Assembly (NCBI GenBank): GCA_963822585.1
Contig: CAWGIE010000033.1
Span: 64,001-128,000 of the forward strand
Source: an uncultured bacterium
GTDB taxonomy: Bacteria > Auribacterota > Erginobacteria > Erginobacterales > Erginobacteraceae
DNA length: 64,000 bases
Direction of reading: 5' to 3'
Below, in pieces: positions 1-9,149 of this stretch. The translations under genes and the position numbers were made by a program. The first letter of the stretch is position 1, and each line of letters begins with the position of its first letter. The notes under the pieces were generated by a model. The model saw only the letters and a program-made list of their open reading frames with translations. It had not been told where the DNA came from and did no database searches.

Positions 1-987
1 AAGAGGGCCGAAGGTTACCAAAAGATGGAACATCATCGGCCAGATCGCCGCGTGGATATTGCCGATCCCCCAGCCGGAGGTCCTTTTTGGTCAGGATCTC
101 CATATCCGCCGGGCCAAGCGGACCGGCACCTTATCTCCGTTCTCCGGGGCGGGGGCGGTGACGGTCTCCACGTGGATCTCGTGGATCTGGGGAGGCTTAA
201 AGATAGACCCGCTGATGGCGCGGTTCTGATAAAGGGCCGGGGCGAGCCCGACCCCAATCGAGATCACGGCGGCGAAGAGAGCGATGCCCGTCCTCCAGGA
301 GCGCCCCCCCTTCACCAGACGGACGAGAAAATACAGACCGGCGGGAAGCATCATTAAAATATTCGGGGTGCGGATGGCGGCGGAGAAACCCAGAAAAAAA
401 CCTGCGGCCGTAATCGGGCCGATCGCCGGCGTTCTCCTTCCCCGGAAAGAGAGAACCAGAAAATAAATCCCCGCCGTCAGGCAGAAGAGCGAAGCCACGT
501 CCCCGTGGGGGGTCACGCTCAACTGCCAGACCTCGTCAACCAGCAGGAAGAAAAGCAGGGGCGCCCCCAGGGAAAGGGCCCGGCGGGGGGACCCGCGGGA
601 GAAATAGAGCGTTCCCAGCAGATAGATAATGAGCAGGAGGGCGCTGTAGATGAAAAAATTGGCGAAAAAGACGCCGGGAAGACCGAAGACAGCCATGCAC
701 GCGGCCAGGATCAGGGGATAGCCGATCGCGTATTTGCAGAATATCTTCCCGTCACGGAGGAGGTAGCCGCCGTAATAAATAGAGTAGAGCTTGCCGGGCT
801 CCGTCCGGTCCTCGACCAGTTTGAATACCGGGTGATCGAGAAAGATGCTCCCGTTCTTCAGCGCCTCGGCAAAACGAATCACCTCGTACTGGTCGGAACC
901 GATCGCCACGTAGTAGCCGAAATATCCCAGGGTCGGGACAAGGAGCAGGAGAGCGATCAGCAAAATCGATGTAACCTTATGCTCCAT
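1..987 (-). CDS. GT-C fold (PMT/ArnT, GT39/83-like) membrane glycosyltransferase, N-terminal part; continues off the left edge
   Basis: Start MEHKVT at 987; multiple TM segments; paralogous to 1209-4436 (AIGSDQYEVIRFA / AIGSDPYGLIHFA; FCKYAIGYPLILA / YCKYEVGYPLLLA). TGA at 91-93, but the same frame continues as SGWGIGNIHAAIWPMMFHLLVTFGPL to the edge. Confidence 0.65.
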
Positions 988-1023
988 GATTGAAATCCAG
1001 AAACCAGACGAGGGTTGTATCAA

Positions 1024-1151
1024 GTATATCAGTTGATCAGAAAATCAGCGGGAAGGATATCAGGGATCAGGAAACCAGGCGGGAGCCCGGCCGGCCTGAT
1101 AACCTGATATTCCGATACTCTACCCACTGATCTGCTGATTTTCTGATATCC
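1024..1151. repeat. ATCAG-type short-period inverted-repeat element, copy 1
   Basis: Repeated ATCAG units on the left, CTGAT units on the right; perfect 14-bp IR ATCAGAAAATCAGC (1036-1049) / GCTGATTTTCTGAT (1134-1147); homologous to 27548-27675 in reverse orientation. Confidence 0.8.
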
Positions 1152-1208
1152 TTTTTTAAATGAAGCGTCCAAATTGAGTGTCGAAATAATTAAATAAACT
1201 TTCCGGAT

Positions 1209-4200
1209 TTAGCGATACTCGATCTTCACCCGGTCCAGCATAATGCCGAGAAGGCGCTTATCCGCGGTTTCATAATAAGAGCTCGGCGACCAGAGGGGAA
1301 CGAAGAGCTCGATTTTCGCCAGGCGGGCGGGGAGGTCGGGAAGAGGCAGCGCCTGCCGGTATGTTCCGCCCCCGGGCCGGAGGGAGATGACGCCGATCTG
1401 CTTTCCGTCCAGATAAACCGCGCACTTTCGCTCCTCCGGGGGGATCCCGGCGGGAGGACTGTCCAGTATCTCCAGAACCAGTGCCGCGCCGTGACCCGAT
1501 CCGGAGAAGAGGGGGACCTCCAGCACCGCCGTCCCGGAGGTCCAGCGGCCTTCTCCCTTGTCTAAAAAAAGCTCGGGCTTGGAGAAACCCTCGGCCAGGT
1601 AAGCCCAGTCATCCTCTCCCCCGATATCGATGTCCAGATCTTCCCCGGGGCGGGCGACCACCGGCCGGGTCCGAAGCAGCGCGGGGCATCCGGAGGCAGC
1701 GGATTCGACCGTCAGCCCGGTAACCGGGGCACTCACCTGGCCCGGATCGAGGAGCAACCGCTGGACCGCCCCCCGGAGATCGTCTCTGACGGCGCGGCCG
1801 CTGACCAGGACACGATAGGGCTCACCGCAGTTATCGACGCCCGGCGGCGGGATGATTTCAAAAGCGACAAAGCAATACCCCGCTGACGGCGTTTCCAACC
1901 AGGCGCGGCGGAGCCACCTCCGGACAGTGACCGCCTTGATCGAGAGAGCCCCCCACCAGGTATCGTCGGGATAGGGTATCCGATATCCGGCCAGGGGATA
2001 GGCCGTCAGCCGGAGGCTGCCCGCGCTGCCCGAGACGGCATCGTCGGGGATCGGAAAGCGGATCGTGTCCCAGTTACTCACCCAGGAAAGATCCAGATCG
2101 GTTATCTCTTTTTTCCCCAGCCCGATCCGCAAACCGACCGGACGTTTTACTTTCTGGCCGTTCCTGAGATCGATCTCCCCGATCAGTTCGGTGTCAGGAA
2201 GGAGTATCGTGGGGATCATGACCTCACCGGTCTTCTCCCAGAGAAGACGATAAAAGTACTTGTCCTGCCAGTGGAAACGCTCGAAACCGCTGAGCAGAAA
2301 ATACTCGGGTACTTTAGCCCTCTCCCCGAAGATAATCGTGTAGGGAGACCAGACGCTCTGGACGGAAAAATCCATCATCCGGGGGAGAGGCTGATCCGAC
2401 TTGATGGTGAGAATCGAGTCCGGATTGCGGAGAAGCCGGGCGGGGAGGAAGAGATAATTGATGTTGTCCTTGAGCGCGACGTCCAGCGGCCGGCCGTTCA
2501 GCAGCACCTCCACCCGGGACCGATCGGGGTAGTCGGCCCAGATGGTTCTCGCGTTCAGGGTCATCAAGTAGTCCTCCCCCTCCTTCAGGCCGGCGATATC
2601 CAGGTCGACTTCCTTCCGGTTCCAGCGTTCTATCCGATAGAGGGTGCAGACCGGACGCCCGAACTCATGGGAGAGATGATAGTCGGCCGCCCGCAGTTCG
2701 GCCGCCGTCGTCACGTCAAAGTACTTCCGGAGGAGAGGAACGTATTTGCTCCCGTCCCGGCGCCCCCCCGAAGAGTCAAACAAAAAGAGAGGAACCCCCC
2801 GGTCAAGGATCCGCCCGCCGCCGTCGACGAGGGAAACTCCGAGCCTCTCGATCTCGAATGAGCGGATGCTGTCGCTGCCGGAAAAGAGCGAGATCAACTG
2901 GGTGACCGGCTTGGTGGCGAAGATCACCGAACCGGCCGGCGCCACGCGGTCGATCGCTTCCCCGAAGCGGTGGGCCTGGGGGAGCTGGAAAGTTTCCCGC
3001 GCCGCCAGACGGTAGGGGAGCATCCGGCAGACGAAGATGCCGAAGAGGATGATGCAGAGAATCGGGTAGCGGAGAAACTTCAGTCCCCGGATCGGCTCCC
3101 GGGCCGCCACCAGCCAGATCCCGACTAAAACGGCCAGGGCAAAAAGATCGGTCACCCCGAGTCCGTATTCCCGGTTAAGCATCCAGCGAAAAAAGATATC
3201 CGCCCCGATCAGGAGGGGACCGAACCAGAGAATCCACTTACTGGAACGGAATTCAAAGAGCCGCCCGATCCCGCCCGCGATCAGGATAATCAGGAAGGGA
3301 TGGGCGACCACCATGTACCGATCCATCAGGTGAACCCACATGCTGTAAAAGACGATAAAGATGATGGGCATCCCCAGACAGATATACCTGACGGCCGGGC
3401 GCTTCCAGCCCGTTACCAGACCAAGCAGCCCGAGCGCCGTCAGGGCCAATCCGTATATTCCGAAAAAATACTTCATAGTATCCCGGCCGGTGGTGCGAAG
3501 AAAGCCTACCCAGAGAGGAGACGGGGGTTTTTCCGCTCCGAAAGTAAAAAAAGAGCGATAGACGGCGCCAAACAGCCTCGCCGCCGGAGGGGAATCTTTT
3601 TCCCCGGTCATATTTTCCGGATCGGGGGTCCCCTCTTCATTCCCCTCTTCCTCGCCGTTCTCCTGGATAACCCCGGGGCGAGGGGGTATCATGGCTGTTC
3701 CCCTGGCCAGCTTGTTCTGGACCAGGACCGGGGCCACGCCGATACCGCAACCAAGGGCGGCCAGGAGGACAACAATGAGGCCTTTCTTCCAGTTCACCCG
3801 GCCGGCCAGACGGGTGAGAAGGTACACCACGGCCGGGAGCAGGGCCAGGATATTGGGGAGACGGATCGAAGCGGAAAAACCAAGGGCGAACGAGCCAGCC
3901 AGCAGGCAGGGCAGACGGAGCCGGGGGCTTCGCTTCAGCGACCTGATCAGCAGCCAGAAGCCGGTAATCAGGAAGAGCATGGAGGAGAGATCCCGGACCG
4001 GCTTGACCGCGAGCCCCCAGATTTTATCTGCCAGGATACAGAGCAGGAAGAGACTGAACAGGGCAAGATACCGGTTCCCGGGCCGGTTGTCATAGACATC
4101 CCGGACAAAAGCGAAATAGCTCCCAAGGATGAGGACGAGGATAATGCCGTTGAACAGGTAGACGGCGTCGTTGCCGAAGAGAACGATCGCGGCGGCGAGG

Positions 4201-4436
4201 AGAAGGGGATACCCCACCTCGTATTTGCAGTACATGCGTCCCTCGGCGGCCACATAGTTCCCGCCGAGGACAAAATAGGATATTCCCGGTTCCCAGTCCG
4301 TTTTAACATACCCGTAGACCGGGAAATCGCTAAAAAATATACCCCGGGACAGGTCCCGGGCGAAATGGATGAGCCCATAGGGATCGGATCCGATCGCGGC
4401 CTGGTAGCTTCCCAATCCTATTACCAGAACCAGCAA
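1209..4436 (-). CDS. Large GT-C fold membrane glycosyltransferase with extended extracytoplasmic beta-rich C-terminal domains
   Basis: 1075-aa ORF; polytopic N-terminal half; soluble C-terminal half ending GRWTSGTAVL...DKRLLGIMLDRVKI. True ATG probably at 4475, obscured by indels. Confidence 0.7.
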   Translation of the reverse strand: MLVLVIGLGSYQAAIGSDPYGLIHFARDLSRGIFFSDFPVYGYVKTDWEPGISYFVLGGNYVAAEGRMYCKYEVGYPLLLAAAIVLFGNDAVYLFNGIILVLILGSYFAFVRDVYDNRPGNRYLALFSLFLLCILADKIWGLAVKPVRDLSSMLFLITGFWLLIRSLKRSPRLRLPCLLAGSFALGFSASIRLPNILALLPAVVYLLTRLAGRVNWKKGLIVVLLAALGCGIGVAPVLVQNKLARGTAMIPPRPGVIQENGEEEGNEEGTPDPENMTGEKDSPPAARLFGAVYRSFFTFGAEKPPSPLWVGFLRTTGRDTMKYFFGIYGLALTALGLLGLVTGWKRPAVRYICLGMPIIFIVFYSMWVHLMDRYMVVAHPFLIILIAGGIGRLFEFRSSKWILWFGPLLIGADIFFRWMLNREYGLGVTDLFALAVLVGIWLVAAREPIRGLKFLRYPILCIILFGIFVCRMLPYRLAARETFQLPQAHRFGEAIDRVAPAGSVIFATKPVTQLISLFSGSDSIRSFEIERLGVSLVDGGGRILDRGVPLFLFDSSGGRRDGSKYVPLLRKYFDVTTAAELRAADYHLSHEFGRPVCTLYRIERWNRKEVDLDIAGLKEGEDYLMTLNARTIWADYPDRSRVEVLLNGRPLDVALKDNINYLFLPARLLRNPDSILTIKSDQPLPRMMDFSVQSVWSPYTIIFGERAKVPEYFLLSGFERFHWQDKYFYRLLWEKTGEVMIPTILLPDTELIGEIDLRNGQKVKRPVGLRIGLGKKEITDLDLSWVSNWDTIRFPIPDDAVSGSAGSLRLTAYPLAGYRIPYPDDTWWGALSIKAVTVRRWLRRAWLETPSAGYCFVAFEIIPPPGVDNCGEPYRVLVSGRAVRDDLRGAVQRLLLDPGQVSAPVTGLTVESAASGCPALLRTRPVVARPGEDLDIDIGGEDDWAYLAEGFSKPELFLDKGEGRWTSGTAVLEVPLFSGSGHGAALVLEILDSPPAGIPPEERKCAVYLDGKQIGVISLRPGGGTYRQALPLPDLPARLAKIELFVPLWSPSSYYETADKRLLGIMLDRVKIEYR

Positions 4437-4527
4437 GAGGGAAAAAGAGGATAACCCGGGTTATCAGAACTTCATTGGCAATCTTTTGGAGGATCACAAT
4501 GGTGCGCCTCCGGCGCGACTTTTAAAC

Positions 4528-4607
4528 GCTAAGACACCAAGGAAAATCAAATAATGTGAACATTTCCCCTTTTTTCTCTTTCTTGGTGCCTTGGTGTCTT
4601 GGTGGCT
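4528..4607. repeat. GACACCAA-type 8-bp-period inverted-repeat element
   Basis: CTAAGACACCAAGG ... CTTGGTGCCTTGGTGTCTTGGTGGC; same family at 6082-6181, 19221-19362, 22030-22056 and 44627-44704. Confidence 0.75.
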
Positions 4608-4611
4608 AATA

Positions 4612-4906
4612 AAAATTCCGAAACAAGAACTTAGCGCCTGCGGCGCTACTAATGACGAAATCCGAATGACGAATGACGAATGAAATCCAAATGACAAATG
4701 AACAAATTCCCCATTTCCTTTCTGCTCCGCGGCGCGGGCAATGGGGGCGCATTTGGTTATCCGCCTTCGCGAGAGCGCCGAAGCCGCTCCGGCGGCGGCG
4801 CTTTGGTATTTGTTTTTTCGTCATTTTTTCGTCATTCCTCATTCGGATTTCGTCATTCATGTTGTTTTTTCTAATTTATTAAAATTCCGAAGCAGGAACT
4901 TAGCCC
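4612..4906. mobile_element. ~270-bp non-coding element (MITE/cassette-like) with AATGACG-type terminal inverted repeats, copy 1
   Basis: Perfect 19-bp IR AATGACGAAATCCGAATGA (4651-4669 / 4839-4857); GC-rich core; flanking direct repeat AAAATTCCGAAnCAnGAACTTAGC; second copy at 36834-37098. Confidence 0.7.
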
Positions 4907-4988
4907 TCTCCCCTTTTTAAGGGGAAAGGGTAAGGGTGAGGGGTTATTTGCCTTATTTTATCCCCCCTCACAAATGGGGGGAGAGGGA
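4903..4988. repeat. CCCTCTCCC...GGGAGAGGG REP-like palindromic element
   Basis: CCCTCTCCCC..GGGGAAAGGG..GGGTGAGGGG..GGGGAGAGGG; related element at 19478-19550. Confidence 0.55.
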
Positions 4989-5109
4989 TTCAGCCTAAAA
5001 ATCAGTGTGTACTATGATCAATAAATGATTACACCACTATCAACGTCATCTCCGGCATTGTTCAAAACTAACCCGATTTATACCCGCCGACAGGCGGGTA
5101 TAAATCAGG

Positions 5110-6054
5110 TTAATCCAGAACCTGCTTGATGATATACTCTTCCTTCTCGCGGTGGATGGCCATCGCCATCATCTCGCCGATCAATCCGGTGGAGATCAGC
5201 TGGAAGCCGATCAGCATCAGGAGCACCCCCAGGATGAGAAGCGGGCGGCCGCCGATGCCGTATCCCAGTACTTTCAGGATTGCCAGGTAGATATTGATGA
5301 CCGATCCCAGAGAAAAAAAGATCAAACCGGCCCCTCCGAAGAGATGAAGAGGTTTCTTGATGTATTTGGTCAGGAACATGACCGTCAGCAGGTCCATGAA
5401 CCCGGCGAAAAACCGGTAGGCGCCGAACTTGCTCTTCCCGAAGGCCCGGGGATGGTGGCGGACCCTGATCTCGGTGACTTTATATCCCTTCCAATGGGCG
5501 ATCGGAGGGATATAGCGGTGCAGTTCGCCGTAAAGGGTGATATCCCGGACCACTTCTCTCCGGAAGGCCTTCAACCCGCAATTAAAATCATGGAGCCTGA
5601 TCCCGGTCATGGTGGCGGTGACGAAGTTATAGATCCGGGAGGTATACTTCTTGATGAAGCGGTCATGCCGGTCCGCCCGCCAGCCGGTGACCAGGTCATA
5701 TCCTTCATCAATCTTCTTTAAAAGAGCGGGGATCTCCTCCGGATCATCCTGGAGATCGGCGTCCATGATAATGACCCGGCCGCCCCGGACCGCCTTGAAA
5801 CCGGCGTCGAGAGCGGCCGACTTGCCGAAGTTCCTCCGCAGCTGAATGATTCGGACCCGGGGGTCGGACTCCCTGAGATTTTTCAGCACGCTGAAGGACC
5901 CGTCGGATGATCCGTCGTCAACAAAGAGAATTTCCCAGGACCGCCTCCGTTCGTCCAGGACCGCCCGGATCTTCTCAAAGAGCGGTTGCAGATTCTCCTC
6001 TTCGTCAAAAAGAGGAATCAGAACGGAGATGTCAATTGGCTTTTGCTTATCCAT
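5110..6054 (-). CDS. GT2 polyprenyl-phosphate glycosyltransferase (ArnC/DPM1-like)
   Basis: ISVLIPLFDEEENL, FVDDGSSDGS, RNFGKSAAL, MDADLQDDPEEIP, LHDFNCGLKAFR, GELHRYIP; two C-terminal TM helices. Confidence 0.9.
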   Translation of the reverse strand: MDKQKPIDISVLIPLFDEEENLQPLFEKIRAVLDERRRSWEILFVDDGSSDGSFSVLKNLRESDPRVRIIQLRRNFGKSAALDAGFKAVRGGRVIIMDADLQDDPEEIPALLKKIDEGYDLVTGWRADRHDRFIKKYTSRIYNFVTATMTGIRLHDFNCGLKAFRREVVRDITLYGELHRYIPPIAHWKGYKVTEIRVRHHPRAFGKSKFGAYRFFAGFMDLLTVMFLTKYIKKPLHLFGGAGLIFFSLGSVINIYLAILKVLGYGIGGRPLLILGVLLMLIGFQLISTGLIGEMMAMAIHREKEEYIIKQVLD

Positions 6055-6081
6055 CACACAAGCTCAACTCACTCTTATTTT

Positions 6082-6181
6082 GCCACTAAGACACCAAGGC
6101 ACGAAGGAAAACCAAAAAAGCTTCTATTACAACCCTTCCTATCATTTTTTAGCTTTCTTGGTGCCTTTGTGCCTTGGTGGC
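6082..6181. repeat. GACACCAA-type 8-bp-period inverted-repeat element
   Basis: GCCACTAAGACACCAAGGCACGAAG ... CTTGGTGCCTTTGTGCCTTGGTGGC with an AT-rich spacer. Confidence 0.8.
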
Positions 6182-6191
6182 TCATTTTCTT

Positions 6192-7628
6192 TTAACTTGA
6201 AAAAAACCCGATCCGGCTCACGATCGATTTAGCGCTCGCGAGTACGCTTTTCAGATCATCCCAGTTCTTGATGCTGAGCGCGGTCTGGAGAAAGAAAGAA
6301 GGACGAAAATAAAATTCCTTGTATGCCCTGACCCGGGCCTTCTCGGCCGCGTCCAGGGGAAATTCAGGGGTCTCGATCATCCCCAGACAGGAAGAGAAGT
6401 CCTCCCATTCACGGTAACGGATCCAGCCCCTCTCAGTGGTAGTCCGAAAAAGTTCGGTTCCCGGGTGGGGGATGGCGACAGCGAACTGGGCGCTCCCCGG
6501 TTTCAGCTTCTTGGCGAACTCGATTGTCTCCCTGACGGTATCCTCGGTCTCCCCCGGGAGCCCGAAGAGGAAGAAAGCCTGGGTACGAATCCCCACTTTC
6601 CGGGCCAGGCGGAAAGCCTCCATCACCTTCTCCGGAGTGATCCCCTTCTTCATCAGTTTCAGCATCCGGGGAGAACCGGATTCGACCCCGAAACGGATGT
6701 AACGGCAGCCGGCCTTTTTCATCGCCCGGAGTACCTCCTCATCCATGCTGTCCACCCGGCATTGGGATATCCATTCGAACTTCAGCCCGCGTTTCACGAT
6801 CAGACGGCAGATCTCGAGAATCCGGTCCCGGTTCAAGCCCATGGAGTCGTCGTCAAAATAGACCTCGTCGACCCCGTACTTCTTCACGCATTCTTCAAGC
6901 TCATCGACGACGTTGCCGGCCGAGCGGGCCCGGAAGTCGTGCCCATAGAGGGTATTCGGCCAGAGGCAGTAGATGCACCGGAAGGGGCATCCCCGTGAAG
7001 TGACAACCGTGGTCGGACGCTTCCCGCGGAAGGTCCCCTGCCGGTAAAACGGACTTCCCACCAGATCCCGGGCCGGAAAGGGCAGCTCATCCAGGTTCTC
7101 GATCAGCGGCCGGTCGGGATTTACCCTGGCCTCCCCTCCGGAACGCCAGGTCAGCCCTGCCACCGCCGAGAAGTCCTTTCCGGCAGCCAGGGCTTGCACC
7201 AGATCGCGGACCGTGTAATCGAATTCTCCCCGGCAGATGGCATCCACCTGCGGGTTTTGCTCCATGATCTCCCGATGGTACACGGTCGGATGGGAGCCGA
7301 CCAGGACCGTCCGCGCCTCCGGCAGGACCTTCTTGACGGCGGCCGCCGACTGGAGATCGAAGTTGATCGAGGGGGTCGAACACTCCATGACCACCACATC
7401 GGGTCCGATCTCCTTCACCCTCCGGCCGAAGGCCTCGATGTCCAGTTCTTCCAGGATGGCGTCGAGAAAGGCGACGTCAAAGCCGCTCTGGCGTACGATC
7501 GCCACCAGGTAGGCCAGGTAGATCGGGTACTCGATGAATTTATCGCTTCGCTTGTGCGGCCAACGCACGTCGGAGCGGGCCCCGAACCCTTCACCGGGCC
7601 AGGGGGGATTTGTTATCAGCACTTTCAT
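6192..7628 (-). CDS. Cobalamin-binding radical SAM protein (HpnJ/BchE-like)
   Basis: N-terminal B12-binding domain (VLVGSHPT, ICRGEFDYT); TSRGCPFRCIYC CxxxCxxC motif; YFDDDS; FGVESGS. Confidence 0.85.
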   Translation of the reverse strand: MKVLITNPPWPGEGFGARSDVRWPHKRSDKFIEYPIYLAYLVAIVRQSGFDVAFLDAILEELDIEAFGRRVKEIGPDVVVMECSTPSINFDLQSAAAVKKVLPEARTVLVGSHPTVYHREIMEQNPQVDAICRGEFDYTVRDLVQALAAGKDFSAVAGLTWRSGGEARVNPDRPLIENLDELPFPARDLVGSPFYRQGTFRGKRPTTVVTSRGCPFRCIYCLWPNTLYGHDFRARSAGNVVDELEECVKKYGVDEVYFDDDSMGLNRDRILEICRLIVKRGLKFEWISQCRVDSMDEEVLRAMKKAGCRYIRFGVESGSPRMLKLMKKGITPEKVMEAFRLARKVGIRTQAFFLFGLPGETEDTVRETIEFAKKLKPGSAQFAVAIPHPGTELFRTTTERGWIRYREWEDFSSCLGMIETPEFPLDAAEKARVRAYKEFYFRPSFFLQTALSIKNWDDLKSVLASAKSIVSRIGFFSS

Positions 7629-7651
7629 ACTATTTCACCATACTTGAATTT

Positions 7652-7748
7652 AACCACGAAGTACACGAAGAACACGAAGATCAAAGAAAATTATGAGGAA
7701 AAACTCCTTATTTATCCAGCCTTCGTGTCCTTCGTGCTCTTCGTGGTT
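7652..7748. repeat. CACGAAG-type 9-bp-period inverted-repeat element
   Basis: AACCACGAAGTACACGAAGAACACGAAG ... CTTCGTGTCCTTCGTGCTCTTCGTGGTT; family also at 34751-34843, 45465-45585, 50842-50872 and 53648-53704. Confidence 0.85.
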
Positions 7749-8971
7749 TTATGCATGTTCTGTCCGGGTATATCGTTATGACTATACCCTTCACACAACT
7801 CCACAAATGTATCCGCCAGTTTATCCCAGCGGTACTTCTCCTCTACCACCTTGAGTCCTTCCTCCCCCATTTTTCGGGAAAGTTCGGGATCGGCGATCAG
7901 CGTTTCAATCTTGTCGGCCAGATCGCCGGCGTCTCCCGGCCGGTAGAAGAGGCCGGTCTTCCCCTCCTCGATCACTTCTTCCAGCGCCGGGAGCCGGGGC
8001 GCCACCACCGAGAGACCGCAGGCCCAGTACTCGAACTCCTTCAGGGTCACCCGCCCCCGCGCGGAAACAATATCCGGCAGGATGACCAGGCCGATATCCC
8101 CCCCCGACATATACCGAGCCACCTCTTTCTGGGTCAGCCAGCCGGAAAAATAGAACGCGTCCGTCAATCCTTCCCGGCCGACCATCTCTTTTAACGCGGG
8201 GATAGCGGTCCCTTCGCCGATAATCCAGAACGCGGTGCCGGGTTTGCGGGCAACCAGTTTTTTCGCGGACGAGACCAGAAGTTCGGGACCGTCCTGGGGG
8301 TCGATCACCCCCTGAAAAATCAGGACCTTCTCCTTGCCGGGGGCGCATTTTCGTCTCAGGTCGCCGCTTTCGTATTTACGGAAAATCTCCAGGTCGACCC
8401 CGTCGCAGACAACATCAATCCGGTCCGGGGAGCCTCCGTATTCGAGGATGATCTCCTTCATGGCCCGGCTGATGGTAATGATCCGGTCCGATCCCCTGAT
8501 CGCGGCCGCTTCCATCTTTCGCCCGAAAGTCTGGACCAGGGAGAGCCATCCCCCGGAAGAATAATTATCAAGATATTCGAAGAGAACATCGGTCAGGTTG
8601 AGGACCAGCAGGGGCTTCCCCGCGGTCATTTTCCTCCCCCAGAGAGCCCCGAACCCGGCGATCGTGTTGTGAGACACGATTAGATCGGGACGAAAACGGG
8701 CGACCGTCCGGATCAAACGCTCCATGTTGACCGGATGGGCCAGAAGATATTTCTTCATTTTATTCGGGTCGAGACGGCTCACGGTCTTCAGGCGTACGAT
8801 CTCCCGACAGCCCAGGTATCCCTTTGCTTCCTCATCCGAACTCGCGATCCCTCCGGCGACGCAAACCTCATGGCCTTTCCGGGCGAAGGCCCGGATGATA
8901 TTGGAGATCCGGGGACTCCCACCCCCGCTCAGGGGGTACAACTCTTCAAAAATGGTTACCAGTACTCTCAT
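7712..8971 (-). CDS. GT4 family glycosyltransferase
   Basis: YPLSGGGSPRI, SDRIITIS, DGVDLEIF, EYWACGLSVVA, EEGKTGLFYRPGD. Confidence 0.9.
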   Translation of the reverse strand: MRVLVTIFEELYPLSGGGSPRISNIIRAFARKGHEVCVAGGIASSDEEAKGYLGCREIVRLKTVSRLDPNKMKKYLLAHPVNMERLIRTVARFRPDLIVSHNTIAGFGALWGRKMTAGKPLLVLNLTDVLFEYLDNYSSGGWLSLVQTFGRKMEAAAIRGSDRIITISRAMKEIILEYGGSPDRIDVVCDGVDLEIFRKYESGDLRRKCAPGKEKVLIFQGVIDPQDGPELLVSSAKKLVARKPGTAFWIIGEGTAIPALKEMVGREGLTDAFYFSGWLTQKEVARYMSGGDIGLVILPDIVSARGRVTLKEFEYWACGLSVVAPRLPALEEVIEEGKTGLFYRPGDAGDLADKIETLIADPELSRKMGEEGLKVVEEKYRWDKLADTFVELCEGYSHNDIPGQNMHKTTKSTKDTKAG

Positions 8972-9149
8972 AGAACTCAGCCCTATATAATTTTTAACTC
9001 AGTTATGAGAGAAGCGGCTGGTTAGGGTTAGTGGGAGATTCAGGTTCAGGTTCAGGAGGGCCTCTCTACTGTCTCTGCTTCTGATGATTTGATCTTCTGA
9101 TTTTCGATACGCATTATTTTACCAATCTCTAATTCGGTTCCAGCCTGAA

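Noticed and set aside
91..93. In-frame TGA as recoding (code 4/25 or selenocysteine)
   Set aside because: TGA ends many intact genes here; two compensating homopolymer indels explain it.
4494..4882. Small ORFs over intergenic repeats (also 19215-19418, 22161-22391, 36840-37052)
   Set aside because: Translations of repeat arms with no coding signature.
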